Source: a virus (Duplodnaviria; Heunggongvirae; Uroviricota; Caudoviricetes). From it: a stretch of DNA of 30,131 nucleotides. Location of the stretch: IMG/VR virus record IMGVR_UViG_2923292180_000002; one strand, given 5' to 3'. This document shows positions 27,013 to 30,131 of this stretch, one piece after another. The position numbers were made by a program, and so were the translations under genes. A model generated the notes under the pieces. The model was given only the letters and a program-made list of their open reading frames with translations. It was not told the origin of the DNA and ran no database searches. Positions within the stretch are counted from its first letter, which is position 1. Every line of letters starts with the position of its first letter.

Positions 27013-27315
27013 TCAGCTCCTTTTATCGTTAAGTTTCTTGGATACATCAGCGCAATAACTGGCGAGTTCTGTCGTTAATTTTGTCAGTTCATCCACTGAG
27101 GAAATTTGCTTGTGGAACACAGCGCGTTTAACAAGTAAATTGACCACATCAGACAGGAGGTTTAATTCATTCTGATAAATCGCGATAACAGATTCAGTTA
27201 TGTCGCGTTTTTCTTTATCAAGACAAAGTTGAATAAGAGATAAATCACCATTTTCCATAACGGCGATTTTTAAGGCGTTATTCAGTAATACAACTGAATG
27301 AGAACAGGACATCAA
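27013..27315 (-). CDS. Early-operon hypothetical protein (P2 orf81-like position)
   Basis: 100-aa ORF, AT-rich, in the early operon between B and A. Confidence 0.55.
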   Translation of the reverse strand: MMSCSHSVVLLNNALKIAVMENGDLSLIQLCLDKEKRDITESVIAIYQNELNLLSDVVNLLVKRAVFHKQISSVDELTKLTTELASYCADVSKKLNDKRS

Positions 27316-27536
27316 AGCACCTCCCCGCGAGACAATCCGATATTGTGAAATTTTTCCGACTCCTGACTGAGCAGCTCGACTATCTCCACGCGGGATAACT
27401 CCGCCTTTGTGATGTGGCGAATCATGGCGTCAAGATGAGAAGAAAAGCGCGTCGCAGCGTCGGCCTGTGCTTCGGTTCTGGCCTGTTGCAGCAGTAATGC
27501 GTATTTACCGCACTGATTTTCAGAAACTGTATGCAT
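27312..27536 (-). CDS. Early-operon hypothetical protein (P2 orf80-like position)
   Basis: 74-aa ORF immediately downstream of B, overlapping the next ORF start. Confidence 0.55.
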   Translation of the reverse strand: MHTVSENQCGKYALLLQQARTEAQADAATRFSSHLDAMIRHITKAELSRVEIVELLSQESEKFHNIGLSRGEVL

Positions 27537-27599
27537 GACTTTCTCCAGGCAAAAAGAAGCCCCGCACGATTAAGTGCGTTAAAAACTCTGGTTAATTAC

Positions 27600-28100
27600 T
27601 TAATGCAGATATTGCTCTGGTTTTACCGACGTCAGAATTGTCGGTGCATACTCAAACAGACTGAATAATTCACGTAATGCACGGAATAAAGCATCACGCC
27701 AGTAACATGATTCTTCATTAATTCGCCAGTATGGCTGGTTAAATTCTTTTTCTGTCAGTCGTGCGTGCATAAATAAAGTGCGACGCTGACTGACTGTTAA
27801 AAAACTAATATATGCATACTCACTTGCGCCAACCTGACGGCGTTTTGAGAATGCCCCGCGCAATTCATCAATTGCACATACCAGTCGTTCACGTTCGACG
27901 TCGTTCATTTCTTCAAAACGCATCGTTGCGTGACGCTGTTTTAACTGAGCATGGAAGCAAACCGTTAACCGTTCGCGCTCCATCATCTGATTATAATAAT
28001 CACATGTATCCTGCCAGCGAGGAACGGCAAGATGCTTACCAATTATCCGGCGCATAGCTGCTGGCTGTTTTTCAACGAGATTGAGCGTCATCACTGTCAT
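27600..28100 (-). CDS. B: Replication protein B (helicase-loader-like)
   Basis: 166-aa ORF, P2 gpB length and position in the early operon. Confidence 0.8.
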   Translation of the reverse strand: MTVMTLNLVEKQPAAMRRIIGKHLAVPRWQDTCDYYNQMMERERLTVCFHAQLKQRHATMRFEEMNDVERERLVCAIDELRGAFSKRRQVGASEYAYISFLTVSQRRTLFMHARLTEKEFNQPYWRINEESCYWRDALFRALRELFSLFEYAPTILTSVKPEQYLH

Positions 28101-28357
28101 TTCCAGACCCTCCGGCTTTTCAGAAAGGTCAGAGCCTTTTTTACCGGACTCTGTTTTTTGGTGCGGATAATGATTCCCTTACGCCCCTTACCGTGGGTGA
28201 TGGTGAAGTCAATCGCCCTGGGGCTTTCGTTACGCAATAACTGAGCAATACAACGAGGCTCGTTCATCCTTTCCACCTTAAGCCGCACGGCCATGTCTTG
28301 ATTTGCTGTAACTAATGCGATTTTTCCAGTCATGCCATTCTGTCGGAGCTTCATCAA
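28097..28357 (-). CDS. Early-operon hypothetical protein (P2 orf78-like)
   Basis: 86-codon ORF. The internal start at 28333 (MTGKIALV...) would give 78 aa; either start overlaps the cox-like gene end. Confidence 0.5.
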   Translation of the reverse strand: MMKLRQNGMTGKIALVTANQDMAVRLKVERMNEPRCIAQLLRNESPRAIDFTITHGKGRKGIIIRTKKQSPVKKALTFLKSRRVWK

Positions 28358-28649
28358 CTAGCTGGGCTGCGTACTTGTCCCACTCACGGCGATTAATCCA
28401 TAATTCAGCTTTCCCTCTTGGTTTTAATGGGTCTGTCATGTAGAAGGCTGGCAGCTTTCCTGCTTTAGCCATTTCAGCCACCGCGCGTGGTGTCTTACCG
28501 ATGTAAAGAGCAAAACCTTCTTTCGACAGCAAATCAGATGGGCGCTCTGAAATCTGAATGCTTTTACGTTTGGCTTCATTTTCGAAACTTGCCTCATCGC
28601 TAGTTGGACAAGAAATTTCTACATTTGTCGTCACTTTGCTATCCTCCAT
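28278..28649 (-). CDS. cox: Cox-like excisionase / early-promoter-proximal regulator
   Basis: First gene of the early operon, divergent from C. HTH-like segment FALYIGKTPRAVAEMAKAGKLPAFYMTDP resembles P2 Cox (FAKLIGKSTGAVRRMIDKGKLPVIDMTDP, from memory). 123 codons is longer than the 91-aa P2 Cox, so the start is uncertain. Confidence 0.65.
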   Translation of the reverse strand: MEDSKVTTNVEISCPTSDEASFENEAKRKSIQISERPSDLLSKEGFALYIGKTPRAVAEMAKAGKLPAFYMTDPLKPRGKAELWINRREWDKYAAQLVDEAPTEWHDWKNRISYSKSRHGRAA

Positions 28650-28742
28650 AAGATTTGCGATTCACCAACTGGAGCCATCTAGAGCCTTTTTGAGCGAATC
28701 ACAAATTGCCAAGTAACAATATAATTGGAGATTAGCAAAATT
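28650..28742. promoter_or_regulatory. Immunity switch region (expected face-to-face Pe/Pc promoters and C operators)
   Basis: 93-bp gap between divergent cox-like and C genes. Near-repeat gcgattcac (28657..28665) and gcgaatcac (28694..28702), 37 bp apart, are candidate operator half-sites. Confidence 0.4.
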
Positions 28743-29042
28743 ATGTCAAGTGAACAAAGTGAGAAACTAAAGCTCATCCGTGAATCCGAACGCCTTAAAA
28801 CTAAGGAACTTGCTGAATTAATTGGAATTAATTACTACACATATCATGGATATGAATCAGGAAAATCAAAAATGCCTATGGAAGCAGGTATGAAGCTGTT
28901 TAAACATCCACGCTTTCGCAAGTATCGTGACTGGTTCATGTTTGATGAAACAGATCCAGCAGCTGGACAAATAGCCCCGGCTCTCGCACACATTGGGCAA
29001 GACTCAACAACCTTGCACCACTCAGACCAGAAGACTGGCTGA
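28743..29042 (+). CDS. C: Immunity repressor C
   Basis: Start at MSSEQSEKLKLIRESERLKTKELAELIG; C-terminus ...AGQIAPALAHIGQDSTTLHHSDQKTG closely matches the P2 C C-terminus as I recall it. 99 aa. The ORF track start at 28725 is 6 codons upstream. Confidence 0.8.
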   Translation: MSSEQSEKLKLIRESERLKTKELAELIGINYYTYHGYESGKSKMPMEAGMKLFKHPRFRKYRDWFMFDETDPAAGQIAPALAHIGQDSTTLHHSDQKTG

Positions 29043-29135
29043 CGATTTATTCAGCATATGTGTGTAGTAAATGTACGAAAGAAAATTGCATTAATTTTCA
29101 AGTAGTAGAAGTAAACAGCGTCATCGGAGGGCTTT

Positions 29136-30131
29136 ATGTCTATTAAAAAGCTCGATGATGGTCGTTATGAAGTGGACGTCAGACCGCAGGGTGCAGATGG
29201 AAAACGTATCAGGCGGAAATTTAAAACTAAAGGTGAAGCTCAAGCATTCGAACGTCATGTACTGGTTAACTACCACAACAAAGAGTGGTTGGAGAAACCA
29301 GCCGACCGCCGAACTCTTACAGAGTTGTTAGGCAGATGGTGGATATATCACGGAAAATCACATGAGCGTGGAGATATTGAACGGGGGCGTTTAACGACAA
29401 TAATCGCCAAATTTGCAGAAATGGGAGTGTCCAGAGCTGACCAGCTAACAAAGAAAACGATAACTGATTATCGCGTTGTAATGATGAACGATGGTCTGAA
29501 ACCAGCCAGCGTAAATCGACATCTGGCAATAATGAGCGGGATGTTCACCAAGTTAATTGACGCCGGTGAATACCACTCTCACAACCCGTTCCGTGAGATT
29601 AAACGGTTACGTGAAGCTGTTACGGAAATGGCTTTTTTGTCCAGTGAAGAGATTACGCGGCTGTTATCCATGCTTGATGGTGATGAATTAAATGCAACTC
29701 TGGTCTGCCTTTCTACTGGTGGACGCTGGAGTGAAGTGTCTAATTTAAAAGCTGAACACATCATTAACCAGATGGTTACGTTTATGAAAACTAAAAACGG
29801 AAAACGCAGGACAATTCCCGTTTCGCAGGACCTGATTAAACGGATCAAGACCAAAAATTCAGGCAGGCTTTTTAATGCCAGTTACTACAAAGTGCGTAAC
29901 GCTCTCAGGGAAGTAAAACCCGATTTACCTGACGGACAAGCAGTACATGTTTTGAGGCATACATTTGCCACACATTTTATAATGAATGGAGGTAACATAA
30001 TCACATTGCAGCGCATCCTGGGTCATTCTAACATTCAGCAAACTATGACCTACGCACACTTTGCACCGGATTTCTTACAAGATGCTGTGACTCTTAACCC
30101 GGTGTCAGGAATGTCCATAATGCGTCCATAA
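29136..30131 (+). CDS. int: Tyrosine integrase
   Basis: 331-aa ORF with the catalytic region ...VLRHTFATHF...LGHSNIQQTMTYAHF (R-H-R-Y type); downstream of C as in P2. Stop codon is the last 3 nt of the window. Confidence 0.9.
   Translation: MSIKKLDDGRYEVDVRPQGADGKRIRRKFKTKGEAQAFERHVLVNYHNKEWLEKPADRRTLTELLGRWWIYHGKSHERGDIERGRLTTIIAKFAEMGVSRADQLTKKTITDYRVVMMNDGLKPASVNRHLAIMSGMFTKLIDAGEYHSHNPFREIKRLREAVTEMAFLSSEEITRLLSMLDGDELNATLVCLSTGGRWSEVSNLKAEHIINQMVTFMKTKNGKRRTIPVSQDLIKRIKTKNSGRLFNASYYKVRNALREVKPDLPDGQAVHVLRHTFATHFIMNGGNIITLQRILGHSNIQQTMTYAHFAPDFLQDAVTLNPVSGMSIMRP

Noticed and set aside
1-30131. CRISPR arrays, tRNA/rRNA genes, insertion sequences and att sites
   Set aside because: No short regularly spaced direct repeats, no cloverleaf-like tRNA candidates and no transposase ORFs were seen; att sites must lie outside the window, since it ends at the ogr and int stop codons.

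Overview
The window is an essentially complete P2-like (Peduovirus-type) temperate phage genome, running from the stop of ogr (position 1) to the stop of int (30131), with no att sites inside it. Gene order is P2-like throughout: ogr, tail genes D-U-T-E/E'-FII-FI, tail fibre H-G, baseplate I-J-W-V, tail completion S-R, lysis cassette, capsid genes L-M-N-O (all minus strand), then terminase P and portal Q (plus), an exact P2-type cos site, the early replication operon (cox-like to A, minus) and C repressor plus integrase (plus). Two accessory loci stand out. (1) Between cos and gene A, where P2 carries tin/old, there is an AT-rich three-gene cargo: a complete C5-cytosine methyltransferase, a small HTH controller-like protein and a 351-aa protein with a PD-(D/E)xK-like motif. 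This is best read as a C-protein-controlled type II restriction-modification or related defence island, and the nuclease candidate is the least characterised gene in the window. (2) Between FI and the tail fibre genes, where P2 carries Z/fun, there is a Mu G-segment-like invertible host-range cassette with a second tail-fibre C-terminus and chaperone on the opposite strand, bounded by inverted crossover sites, while the Pin-like invertase is reduced to a 60-codon stub. All family assignments rest on reading the translated ORFs and remembered motifs; no database search was run.
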